Origin: Candidatus Latescibacterota bacterium
Lineage (GTDB): Bacteria; Krumholzibacteriota; Krumholzibacteriia; WVZY01
Assembly (NCBI GenBank): GCA_011772205.1
Contig: WVZY01000057.1
Coordinates: 6,190 to 70,189, forward strand
Length of the DNA stretch: 64,000 nucleotides
Direction of reading: 5' to 3'
The translations under genes and the position numbers were made by a program. The notes under the pieces are model-generated. The model saw only the letters and a program-made list of their open reading frames with translations. It ran no database searches and was not told the origin of the DNA. Positions 25,652 to 35,184 of this stretch are shown here, piece after piece. Within the stretch, counting starts at the first letter, position 1. The number at the start of each line of letters is the position of its first letter.

Positions 25652-27856
25652 ATGAATATCTTCCGTGCCAATAGATGGTTGATGATCGGAGGTAGAGCGG
25701 GGGTGCTCCTGTGGCTTTTCTGGTTTCTGGGTGCGGTCTTGCCGGTTGAATCCGCAGGTGCCGAAGGAGCTATCGACATCCTGCGGCATGACTTGAGCCT
25801 GACGATCCGACCATCATCCCATGTGGCCGAAGCTGTCGACCGGTTGACCGTCGAGATCCCCCACCCCGGACGGTATGTGCTTCGGCTTGGCGCAGACTTC
25901 GTAATCCAGAAGCTCTTTCTGGATGGGAAAAAGATATCTTTCGAGGAAATCGACGAAGCCGCACTGCTCGCTCACTACCAGGCTGCCGGCATCGATGAGG
26001 AGGATGCAAAGCGCGCAATAGGTGTGAGCTTCCACATCGGAGGTGATCCGAAGCATGTTGTCGAAGTGCGCTACCGCGGGATCGTCTACGATACGCTCAA
26101 AGTTCCCGAATATTCTCGGGGTACGCTGGCGGAGGAAACGACCGGAATCATCGGCGAAGAGGGCGTTTTTCTGAGCCCAGAGACCCGCTGGTATCCGGAT
26201 AATCCGGGCGATTACGCGTTCTTTTCGATCAAAGTGTCGAGCCCGCCTGGATTCGAATCTGTTACAGAGGGAAGACTGGTTGCAAGGAGCGTGAGCGAAG
26301 CATCCATCGATACCGAGTGGGATGTGAGCTACCCGACCAAAGGAGTTTATCTCGTAGCGGGCAATTACATCATAAAAGAGTTCGAAGCCGAAGGTGTCAA
26401 GATCATGGGGTACTTTTTCCCCTCCGAGGAGAACCTCATCGATCAATACCTCGAAGCTTCCGCTCGGTATATCACCCTGTACAACAGGATTATCGGGCCC
26501 TATCCGTTTTCCAAGTTTGCAGTGGTAGAAAACTTCTTCCCCACGGGCTATGGGATGCCATCCTATACGTTACTGGGCAGGAGGGTCATTCGTCTTCCGT
26601 TCATTGTTCGGACATCGCTGGGCCACGAAGTCGCACACAACTGGTGGGGAAATTGTGTATATGTAGACTACGACAAAGGCAACTGGTGCGAGGGGCTCAC
26701 AGTGTATTTCGCCGATTATCGTTATAAAGAGGCGATCAGCGATTCGGCGGCCGTTTCCTACCGGAGTTCGCAGAACATCGACTACACATCCTATGTGAGC
26801 GAGGAAAACGATTTTCCTCTCTCGGTCTTTCACGAAAGAACGACACCGGCTTCCCGGGCGATCGGGTACGGCAAATCGGCGATGGTCTTCCACATGTTGA
26901 AGCGGCTGGTTGGTGAAGAGACATACTATCGGGCGCTCCGTACTTTTTATCAGGATTTTAGATTCCAAGAGGCCTCCTGGGATGATATTCAAAGAACCTT
27001 CGAGCGTGTTTCCGGCCGCGACCTTGCGTCTTTTTTCGATCAGTGGGTCCGGCGCAAAGGGGCGCCTACCGTATCGATCGGCACTGCCAATCTGGAAGAA
27101 ATGCCCGATTGGCACTTTCGCATCCACCTGGTACTCGAGCAAGATCCTGTATATGAACTCCTTGTTCCTGTGGCGATCATTGGAGAGGATACGACTTTTC
27201 AAACAGATGTGACGTTATCATCCATGATTGATTCCTTCACCTTCGATGTCGATTTCAGACCCACGGCCATCGCCGCAGATCCCTCGCACGATGTGTTCAG
27301 GAGACTCGAACCACTGGAGATCCCTCCGACGATCAGCTGGGCGCTGGGCGATAAAGAGGCAGTGATCGCGCTGCCTTCGCAAGCTGGCGAGGAGAAACGT
27401 GCCGCGTTCGAAGCTCTGGCGGACCAACTCGGCAGAACTGGAGAAGGGCGCGTGGTGCAGGATATCGAGGTGTCGGAAGCAGATGTTCGAGCCGGCGCCG
27501 TGATCGTTCTCGGTAATCCTGAAGAGAATGCTGTCCATTCATTATTCGAGGTCCCTCCGGACATTGCCCTCGCCCCGGATCACTTTTCCGTTGGGGGCGT
27601 GGAATACGCAGGGCCGGGGCACAGCGCATTTGTCACGTTCAGGAATCCATTTAACGTTGCCTCCTGCGTCTGCGTGGTGATAGGCAACAGCGCGGAGAGC
27701 ATCAAGAAGTCGGGTTATAAGATCATCCATTACGGGAAATACAGCTATGTTACTTTCCTCGACGGAAATCGGCAACAAGCCGGGGTATTTCCCATTGAAA
27801 AAAATCCACTGCTCTACTCCTTCAGTTCGCCGCATAAGGCGTCGAGATCTCATTAG
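25652..27856 (+). CDS. M1-family zinc metallopeptidase (aminopeptidase N-like), secreted or membrane-anchored
   Basis: HEVAHNWWGN plus downstream E. N-terminal hydrophobic segment. ATG 25652 with RBS GAGGAGAGAAGG. In frame with ORF 25541..27856. Confidence 0.75.
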   Translation: MNIFRANRWLMIGGRAGVLLWLFWFLGAVLPVESAGAEGAIDILRHDLSLTIRPSSHVAEAVDRLTVEIPHPGRYVLRLGADFVIQKLFLDGKKISFEEIDEAALLAHYQAAGIDEEDAKRAIGVSFHIGGDPKHVVEVRYRGIVYDTLKVPEYSRGTLAEETTGIIGEEGVFLSPETRWYPDNPGDYAFFSIKVSSPPGFESVTEGRLVARSVSEASIDTEWDVSYPTKGVYLVAGNYIIKEFEAEGVKIMGYFFPSEENLIDQYLEASARYITLYNRIIGPYPFSKFAVVENFFPTGYGMPSYTLLGRRVIRLPFIVRTSLGHEVAHNWWGNCVYVDYDKGNWCEGLTVYFADYRYKEAISDSAAVSYRSSQNIDYTSYVSEENDFPLSVFHERTTPASRAIGYGKSAMVFHMLKRLVGEETYYRALRTFYQDFRFQEASWDDIQRTFERVSGRDLASFFDQWVRRKGAPTVSIGTANLEEMPDWHFRIHLVLEQDPVYELLVPVAIIGEDTTFQTDVTLSSMIDSFTFDVDFRPTAIAADPSHDVFRRLEPLEIPPTISWALGDKEAVIALPSQAGEEKRAAFEALADQLGRTGEGRVVQDIEVSEADVRAGAVIVLGNPEENAVHSLFEVPPDIALAPDHFSVGGVEYAGPGHSAFVTFRNPFNVASCVCVVIGNSAESIKKSGYKIIHYGKYSYVTFLDGNRQQAGVFPIEKNPLLYSFSSPHKASRSH

Positions 27857-27867
27857 GAGATTCGCAA

Positions 27868-29520
27868 ATGACCAAACGAGAGCGCATCGTCGCATTGTTC
27901 TTTTGTCTCTTCAGCGCTTTCAGTGCGTCCATAACCCACGGAGTGGATGTATCGGAGCAAGCTTTGATGGCCCACGTCCACTTTCTTACGTCCGATCACC
28001 TCGAGGGGCGCCGCGCGGCTCGAGCGGGCGATCTCGTCACGGAAGAGTACGTGAGATCGATCTTCGTGCAGGCGGGACTGAAGCCCCTTCCCGGGCTGGG
28101 TGATTACAGGCAGGAGATCGTTGCCATCGAAGCGACAATGGACAGGCAAGGCACGTCACTCGGAGTGGTGAGGGATGAAGAGGTGCCCTATTTCCGTGTG
28201 GATCGGGAGGTATTTTGCCTCTTGAATGGTCGTTCCGATCTCAATATCAGAGCTCCATTGGTGTTCGCGGGTTTTGGAATTACAGCGCCTGAATATGAAT
28301 ACGATGACTATGCCGGAATCGATGTGGAGGGAAAAGTCGTCCTGGTGCTGAACAACGAGCCCGGGGATACATCCGATGGTGACAAATTCAGGGGACGCGC
28401 ACCAACGCGCTACTCCTTTCCGAAAATGAAAGAAGAGATTGCAAGAAGGCACGGCGCTGTGGGGATGATCATCGTTAACAATGCTGCGAGCGGTCACCCG
28501 GATCTCGACGTTAGCGTACCTAAGCGCTATGGACGTGAGCTTCGAGAGCCCTACTTCGGTTTGGAAGTTGATGAGGAGCGAATTCCGATATTCTTTGCGA
28601 CAAAGCCGGTGGTCGATGCGATGCTGGGGGGCACGAACGTCGATATCATCGAGCGTCAGGAGCGCATCGATAAAAGAATGAAGCCGGTTTCGGCAAGCGT
28701 TCAAGGCCGGGAAGTCATCCTCAATGTTCAAATTGCTTCGGTGGAGAGAAAAGAAATCGCTAACATCATCGGTTACCTCGAAGGGGGCGACGCGGCGTTG
28801 AAGCACGAGTTTATAGTGATTGGGGCACATCATGACCACCTCGGCGTAGGCGAGGATGGAGCAATATTTTATGGGGCGGATGACAACGCATCCGGCACGG
28901 CAGGGCTTCTCGAATCGGCCCGGATTCTTGCTGGAGAAGCTGGCAGGCTCAAACGGTCCATCTTATTCGTCTCATTCTGTGCGGAAGAAAGGGGTCTTTT
29001 GGGATCGAAATATTTTATCATGCAACCTCCAATCTCGGAGGAAAGTCTTTGTGTGATGATCAATATGGATATGATCGGACGCAACAATATGGATAAAACC
29101 GAGAACGAAAACATGTTCATTGTGTTCACGTCAGCCCAAACGCCTGCTCTCGAGAGGGCGGTGAGGTCGGAGGCGAAGGCATTGGATCTGGACGTCCGCG
29201 TCGCTCCGTATGTCCGCTTTCGCGGCGCCAGTGATCACTCTTTGTTTCATAATCGGGGAATACCCGTTGTATTCTACTTCAGCGGATTTCATAAGGATTA
29301 CAACCGCTCGACGGATACGATTGATAAAATTGTGCCAAACAAGATAGTCAAGGTTGTGAGTCATCTTTGCAGGTTTGCTGAGGCACTGAGTGAGGATCGC
29401 GGGATCGATCTGAAATTCGATCGGGCAATAACTGTCGAGCCCGAGAAGGATCCGTTCGAGAATCCATATTCGGTTCGTGCTAGTCGCCAGGAGGAGGATC
29501 GGTCTCAAAATCGCCGGTGA
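27868..29520 (+). CDS. M28-family zinc peptidase with PA-like domain, secreted
   Basis: HHDHLGVGEDG...GADDNASGTAGLLE and NMDMIG motifs. Signal peptide. Confidence 0.8.
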   Translation: MTKRERIVALFFCLFSAFSASITHGVDVSEQALMAHVHFLTSDHLEGRRAARAGDLVTEEYVRSIFVQAGLKPLPGLGDYRQEIVAIEATMDRQGTSLGVVRDEEVPYFRVDREVFCLLNGRSDLNIRAPLVFAGFGITAPEYEYDDYAGIDVEGKVVLVLNNEPGDTSDGDKFRGRAPTRYSFPKMKEEIARRHGAVGMIIVNNAASGHPDLDVSVPKRYGRELREPYFGLEVDEERIPIFFATKPVVDAMLGGTNVDIIERQERIDKRMKPVSASVQGREVILNVQIASVERKEIANIIGYLEGGDAALKHEFIVIGAHHDHLGVGEDGAIFYGADDNASGTAGLLESARILAGEAGRLKRSILFVSFCAEERGLLGSKYFIMQPPISEESLCVMINMDMIGRNNMDKTENENMFIVFTSAQTPALERAVRSEAKALDLDVRVAPYVRFRGASDHSLFHNRGIPVVFYFSGFHKDYNRSTDTIDKIVPNKIVKVVSHLCRFAEALSEDRGIDLKFDRAITVEPEKDPFENPYSVRASRQEEDRSQNRR

Positions 29521-29749
29521 TCGCAAGATCGATCTCGCGCTGGGCCTTGGCGGCCTCGAGCAGATTTATCAGATTTCTCTTGTGATTGACTTCCTCCTCG
29601 GCAAGTCTGAGGAGGAGTCTTTTTTGGGCAGGAGTGCAAACGCAAGAAGCGGCCTCTATATAGAAAGCTCTTGTCTCTTCTTCTCTTTTGATGCCTTGCT
29701 CCAGGATTTCAATTAGGGACTCGTTCTCTAATTTGCCTTGAGAACTCAT
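29480..29749 (-). CDS. Small ferritin-like/rubrerythrin-like domain protein (tentative)
   Basis: Helical E/A-rich pattern EILEQGIKREEETRAFYIEAA...LAEEEVNHKRNL resembles a half-ferritin diiron motif. Convergently overlaps the M28 gene by 41 nt. Confidence 0.35.
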   Translation of the reverse strand: MSSQGKLENESLIEILEQGIKREEETRAFYIEAASCVCTPAQKRLLLRLAEEEVNHKRNLINLLEAAKAQREIDLAITGDFETDPPPGD

Positions 29750-29903
29750 GGGTCAACCCTCCCTTCTTTATTGCGCGATTATAGCGCACCATTGGGCGTA
29801 TCGTAAACGAAAACCGAACGTCTTCGAGCCTTTGAAGCTGGGATGACGCTCGAGACCCTTCTTCGCGCTGGTCTTCGGCTATTTGCTTGGATACTGTTGT
29901 GGA

Positions 29904-31673
29904 TCAGTCCAGTGTCCTGGGAGCGTAGACGAGGACGGATGGGGTGATATCGGACTCGCCTTTTGACAGCCGCTCATAAAACCGCTTTCTTGCTTTTATC
30001 AGCATGTCAATGAGAAATTCCTCGTGATAATAGTCGAGTGATTTATCCAGATACTTCTCGGCGCTCTTATAATCCTGCTGCACGCCTTTGATCTCTGCGA
30101 GCCTTACTGCGGAGAGAAGCTGGTAGGCCTGGGAGCAGCTTGGGACTTCCTGATCGAGTGCGCTGAGAAACCGATTGGAAGCCTCCTCAAGATCTCCGGC
30201 AAGGAGGAGCGCTTCACCGGAGTAGAAATCGTAAAGCACGGTTGCACCTTTGCGCTCGCGGTAATCTTCAAGGCCGTTCTTCGCCCACGCTTGCTCGAGG
30301 ATATAAATGTGGCGTATAAAACCCGCGTCGGCTTCGAGAATGGAATTTTCTATCAGGTGATTTCCCTCCAACATTTCTTCAGCGACATCATGGAACCGCT
30401 TCATCCCCTTGTCCTCAAGGATCCTGTTGCAGGCGTCAGTCGCCTTGTCAGCCTCCCCTAAGTTCGCATAGATACAGCCCAGATTCATTAGCGAGAGCGG
30501 CACGAGCCAATCGGGTCTATCCGGAGCTTCGTCGACCAAGGCACGGAACTCCTGGATTGCCGCAGAGGGCGATTCGAAAAACATGCTGGAATACGACCGG
30601 TGATAACGCAATCGGTGGATGGTGTCCCAATCCACTCCTTCTCGTTGCTCCGCCATGTGCCTATCCAAGGCCGAGTTCTCGATTTGCATTAGCTGCCAGA
30701 GCTTGCTGGGGTAGAAGGTCCTGACGACTCCCAAAGGCTCTACCAGACGGAGATAACTCGGATACTTTTCGAGAAGATCCATGAACCTCGAAACCCCGTC
30801 TTCGAAGCGTCCTTCAAAGAGCGTATAGATGGCCGCGAGTATGATTTTATGGTCGGTGGCCAGCAATCCACCTTCGGCGCACGCATCGTTGAGATACGCC
30901 AATCCCTTTTCCCGGTCTCCTCCCGGGATGAAGAAAAGGGTCTTCACGAATTTGATTACGGCCGGCAGGGTATCGGCGAAGTATAAAAACGTCCCCATGA
31001 TCCCTTTTGCATCGGGATCCTCGGGGTGCTCCGAAAGGTATTTTTTGAGGTCTTGGTTGCCTTTGGCCGCAGATCTTCCAGCGCTCCAGTAGCTCCCGCC
31101 CAGTGCATGGAGCTGCGCTTTGAACATCCAGGCCCAGCCACGGTAGAATCTGTGCTCCGAGTCGTCTTCGGCGGCTTTCATCCTCGTTTCGCAGAGGTCG
31201 ATAACCTTGTCCAGGATATCATGCATTGGGGCGGCATTTTTGCGGATGAGCTCCTTGTTGTCGTCCTGCTCTGGGAGCGCTTCCCGGAGCACCCTGGCTT
31301 TTATCAGGTAGGGAAGCGGGTGATCTTGATTGGCCTCTATGTAGCGTTCGGTCTGCTCGAGGGCGAGATCGGACTTACCCCTGTAAAGGTTGTCGAGAAT
31401 GCTCCGCGCCTCCCCCGCTACCGAGGGCTCTAACAGTGTGTCCGGATCCTGGGACCCGAGAGAAGTCGCTCCGGCTGGAACGTTGCGTGCAATCGGAGAG
31501 AGGGTGAGAAAAGCTAGTGCAAATATTAGCAGAATGTTCCGGGCCAACTTGAGCCTTTCCCGTGCGTTTAATAACCTGCGGCGTTGATGAATTAATATGC
31601 ACAAATCGGGCCCAACGTAAAAGCAAAATCTTGCCTCCACGGGCGCCTCAATATACGCCTGAAATACGGCCAT
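29904..31673 (-). CDS. Secreted TPR-repeat protein
   Basis: Multiple TPR-like helical repeats. Hydrophobic N-terminal segment NILLIFALAFLTLSPIA. The real start may be TTG at 31547 (RBS GGAAAGG) rather than ATG 31673. Confidence 0.55.
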   Translation of the reverse strand: MAVFQAYIEAPVEARFCFYVGPDLCILIHQRRRLLNARERLKLARNILLIFALAFLTLSPIARNVPAGATSLGSQDPDTLLEPSVAGEARSILDNLYRGKSDLALEQTERYIEANQDHPLPYLIKARVLREALPEQDDNKELIRKNAAPMHDILDKVIDLCETRMKAAEDDSEHRFYRGWAWMFKAQLHALGGSYWSAGRSAAKGNQDLKKYLSEHPEDPDAKGIMGTFLYFADTLPAVIKFVKTLFFIPGGDREKGLAYLNDACAEGGLLATDHKIILAAIYTLFEGRFEDGVSRFMDLLEKYPSYLRLVEPLGVVRTFYPSKLWQLMQIENSALDRHMAEQREGVDWDTIHRLRYHRSYSSMFFESPSAAIQEFRALVDEAPDRPDWLVPLSLMNLGCIYANLGEADKATDACNRILEDKGMKRFHDVAEEMLEGNHLIENSILEADAGFIRHIYILEQAWAKNGLEDYRERKGATVLYDFYSGEALLLAGDLEEASNRFLSALDQEVPSCSQAYQLLSAVRLAEIKGVQQDYKSAEKYLDKSLDYYHEEFLIDMLIKARKRFYERLSKGESDITPSVLVYAPRTLD

Positions 31674-31723
31674 TTTGGCATATCTGTTGCTTAAGTTTCT
31701 CTAAAATCGTGAGGTAAATACCA

Positions 31724-33565
31724 ATGAGCGAAACAGAGGGAAAACATCCACCTGCAGAGATCGCAGATGAGGAGTCGGCGCCGGATCTCCAGAAGGTGAT
31801 GACTGTCATGAAATGCCTCACGAAGTATGTGGCAGGGATGAAGATATACGCCAAGAACAATCCCACCCTCGCCAAATTCGCCGGCGAATTCCGCGATGCT
31901 ATGCAGGAATTTTTCGAAGATGAGGACGAGCTCGTTCTTTCCATCGAGCAGTTTGCCGTCAAATGGCAAGATGAAATCGTTTATGAGAACGAAAAGCGGG
32001 ACGAAAGTCTCGCTTTTATCTTCTTCCGCGATGGCATAGGCGAAGTGACATTAACGAAAGGAGTCACCGAGGAAGAATTGGACAGGTTTGTCGAAATCAT
32101 CAAGCAGGAATTTCACAGTACCGCGGATGAGGAGGACATCGTCACGAAGCTTTGGAAAACTGACTTCAGGTTCATTGCATACCGCGTTCTCGAGGAATAT
32201 CTTTCCGGCGAGTACGGTGACGGGGAGGGGCAAGAACACGAAAGAAAGCCTTCCCGCCTGGATTTCGACGATCACGAGGAGAGCCGGCCCAGCTTGGAAG
32301 ATAGAGGAAGGGTTATTGTCGAACCTGACGATCCGATCCAGTCTATCGATGGCTATATGAGAAGTCTGGCGCAAAAGGAATGTCAGTCGGGGGATGAAGT
32401 GGAAAAAGAAGCGGCTTTTCAACGTATTGCTGAAGATCTCTTGAAAGTGGCCGAAGAAGATCTTAACGATCGCCATGAGCAACTCCGTTTTGAAAAAGGT
32501 TCTGAGTCGCTCATGGACTTTATGGATGCATTCCTGTCGTTCACTTTGCTATCGCATAATCCCGCGGCTGTACGCGACGTAACGAATGTTACGGAGCGAT
32601 TCGTGGATTATGTTCTCGAAGAGCGCCGCTTAAAAACGCTTGCAGGGACGCTGGCCTTGATCCGGGAGTTCATGGGTGGGCAATCCATTCCAGACGATAT
32701 CGCATCCCTTTGCCGGAGTTTCGAAGACCGGCTTTGCGATGACGCGTTGCTAAGCGATCTCGCACATGAAATCAAGGAGTGGAATAAGAAGAGCAATGAT
32801 ATCGTCGAATACTTATTAATGGCCGGACAAAAATCACTTACTCCACTTTGCGAGGTTCTACGACAGGTCGAGGGGCAGAAAGTTCACAGGGAGATCTGCA
32901 ATGCAATTGTTACGATCGCGGGTAAGAACATAGCGGCCATTGTTGACCGGTTCGAAGTCGATAGTGCTGCGATCGCATTCGACATCATTTATATGCTCAG
33001 TATGGCCAATCCAGAAGGGGTATCGCCGAAGATACGTGAACTCATTCACTACCCGGATTCACTTGTAAAAGCGGAAGTTATCGAATATCTCGGTGGGCTC
33101 GAAGGGGAAGAAGTAATTCCGATTCTGTTCGAGGCGCTCGAAGACCCTGAAAAGACTATCCGCCTGAAGGCACTCGAGGCTTTGGAGCGAATAAAGTCTC
33201 CCAGTGTGCTCGACAAGATTAGCATGATAGCGTTCGGTAAAGAATTCACCCAGAAAAGCATGGATGAGCAGGAAGCAGTTTTCAAGACGCTCGGCCGGCT
33301 AGGGAACGAGGAAACGGTGGATCGCATAGGCAAGATGCTGGAAAAGAGGCACCTGCTTCATTTCAGCAAGAATCGGGGTAACAAATATCTTGCGATTCAC
33401 GCGCTGGAAAACATCTGTACTGACAGCTCGCAAAAGCTCCTGGAGAAGCTTTCGAAAGATTCCAGCAGCCAAGTAAGGGGCCGCGCCTACCGCGCACGGA
33501 AGCATTTGAGGAAGCTCATGGAAAACCCCCAAGATAACGCCGGAAAGGCAGATAGTCATGACTGA
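31724..33565 (+). CDS. HEAT-repeat (PBS-lyase-type) protein
   Basis: C-terminal HEAT-like repeats (EVIEYLGGLEGEEVIPILFEALEDPEKTIRLKALEAL). 8-nt overlap with the downstream HD-GYP gene. Confidence 0.55.
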   Translation: MSETEGKHPPAEIADEESAPDLQKVMTVMKCLTKYVAGMKIYAKNNPTLAKFAGEFRDAMQEFFEDEDELVLSIEQFAVKWQDEIVYENEKRDESLAFIFFRDGIGEVTLTKGVTEEELDRFVEIIKQEFHSTADEEDIVTKLWKTDFRFIAYRVLEEYLSGEYGDGEGQEHERKPSRLDFDDHEESRPSLEDRGRVIVEPDDPIQSIDGYMRSLAQKECQSGDEVEKEAAFQRIAEDLLKVAEEDLNDRHEQLRFEKGSESLMDFMDAFLSFTLLSHNPAAVRDVTNVTERFVDYVLEERRLKTLAGTLALIREFMGGQSIPDDIASLCRSFEDRLCDDALLSDLAHEIKEWNKKSNDIVEYLLMAGQKSLTPLCEVLRQVEGQKVHREICNAIVTIAGKNIAAIVDRFEVDSAAIAFDIIYMLSMANPEGVSPKIRELIHYPDSLVKAEVIEYLGGLEGEEVIPILFEALEDPEKTIRLKALEALERIKSPSVLDKISMIAFGKEFTQKSMDEQEAVFKTLGRLGNEETVDRIGKMLEKRHLLHFSKNRGNKYLAIHALENICTDSSQKLLEKLSKDSSSQVRGRAYRARKHLRKLMENPQDNAGKADSHD

Positions 33566-35066
33566 CGGCGAACGCAAGCCAGATGCACCCTCCACGGCGA
33601 CCCAACAGGCAGCCAGGCCTCAAGATGATGAGAAGCAGTTGGGTGGTGAGAGCTTCATCAAAGAGGCAGGTTCCGCCTTGATTCACAGTTTCTTCACGGC
33701 GTCCAAGACGATTCAGCTCTATGAGCTGAATAATGAAGCTGTTAAACGCAGCCTGTCGGAATTTGTCGAGGCCACGAAAAGGATCATACGTAACGAAGGA
33801 AAGGCGTCTCTTCGGATCTCTGCGGAGTTCCTATATATAAATGATGTACGGATTCCAATGGATTCCCAAACCGCCGGGCCGTATCTCTATCTGATCGAGG
33901 AGATGAAAAAACGGGGAGTGGAAGCTTTCGAATTTCATCCCGACCTGGAAGTGGAAGAAGTGGGATCATTTTTGAAGACTTTCTTCGAGATCGATGAGGC
34001 AGAAGATGCTTTCGAGGAGCTCCAGGATCGTATGCGGCAATCATCTATCCGGAACCTCGACGCTATGCCCTGGATCGAAAGAGAAAGACGTCTCACTGAT
34101 GCGAAACAGGAGCGGAAGGACATCCGCTCCGAGAGCAATATGATCTTTTTCAGGACCGTTCACCTGATGAGAGGAATCCTTCAGGCTATAGAAGAAAAAC
34201 ATGTAATCCAGGTGAAGAAGGCGAAGCGACTGACACAACAGATGACGGATATCATTCAAACGGACGAATCCATCCTCGTTGGTTTGACAAGTATCAAGGA
34301 TTTCGATGAGTACACATACGCGCATTCAGTGAATGTGTGCATTCTTTCGATGCTCACCGGCGACCGGTTGAAGCTTTACAAGCAGGAACTCGCTAGGCTC
34401 GGACTCGCCGCTCTCTTTCACGATATCGGCAAAGTTCACATACCCTCGTCCATTGTTTACAGCACCACGACGCTATCGGAAAGTGATTGGGAATTGATGA
34501 AATACCACACATTTTTCGGTGTTGTCGAACTTGCTCGCGTCAAAGCATTGAATGAAATCGTTGATGCGATGTTCGTCGCCCTGCAGCATCACGTTCATTA
34601 CGATATGAATGGATACCCACAGAAGCCCGAGGGTTGGGAGCTGCGGCTCTTCACAAAAATCGTGACTGTCGCCGATTATTACGACGCAATGACGTCTTCG
34701 CGCAGCTATCGCAAAGTTCCGGTGACGCCTGATAAAGCTCTGCGGTTTATCATGGAGAAAAGCGGTAAGATTTTCGATCCCGTTATTGCAAAGACGTTCG
34801 TTCAAGCTATGGGGATCTATCCGATCGGCACGGTAGTCGAGCTCGATACGGGGGAAAGAGGTGTCGTGGTCAAACAGAATCCCCAGAGCCGCTATATCCA
34901 CCGGCCCTCTGTTCAAATAATAGATCCCGGGACAGAGGAGAAAGGACCGCTTGTCAATCTTACCGAGCGAGCAGATGGAGAATGTCGCTATCGCCGCTCG
35001 ATCCTCCGGGCCCTCTATGATCTCGATGCTGGCGTAGACAAGCACTCCTACTTCATCACGGAGTAG
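33558..35066 (+). CDS. HD-GYP domain phosphodiesterase (cyclic-di-GMP signalling)
   Basis: HDIGKVHIP, HH..YDMNGYP (HD...GYP motif), N-terminal regulatory region. Confidence 0.8.
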   Translation: MTDGERKPDAPSTATQQAARPQDDEKQLGGESFIKEAGSALIHSFFTASKTIQLYELNNEAVKRSLSEFVEATKRIIRNEGKASLRISAEFLYINDVRIPMDSQTAGPYLYLIEEMKKRGVEAFEFHPDLEVEEVGSFLKTFFEIDEAEDAFEELQDRMRQSSIRNLDAMPWIERERRLTDAKQERKDIRSESNMIFFRTVHLMRGILQAIEEKHVIQVKKAKRLTQQMTDIIQTDESILVGLTSIKDFDEYTYAHSVNVCILSMLTGDRLKLYKQELARLGLAALFHDIGKVHIPSSIVYSTTTLSESDWELMKYHTFFGVVELARVKALNEIVDAMFVALQHHVHYDMNGYPQKPEGWELRLFTKIVTVADYYDAMTSSRSYRKVPVTPDKALRFIMEKSGKIFDPVIAKTFVQAMGIYPIGTVVELDTGERGVVVKQNPQSRYIHRPSVQIIDPGTEEKGPLVNLTERADGECRYRRSILRALYDLDAGVDKHSYFITE

Positions 35067-35184
35067 CAGGCCGGTATTTTTCGGAAATCCCTGGATGATG
35101 TTGATAAGGGGCGATCGAGCCGCGACGGAAAAGCGTCTACTCACATCGCCTTATGCTACGACGCAAAGGTCGGCGCAGCATGGA

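Noticed and set aside
25814-27202. Two roughly 210-aa minus-strand ORFs inside the M1 peptidase gene
   Set aside because: Antisense shadow ORFs. The + frame carries the HEXXH...E zinc motif.
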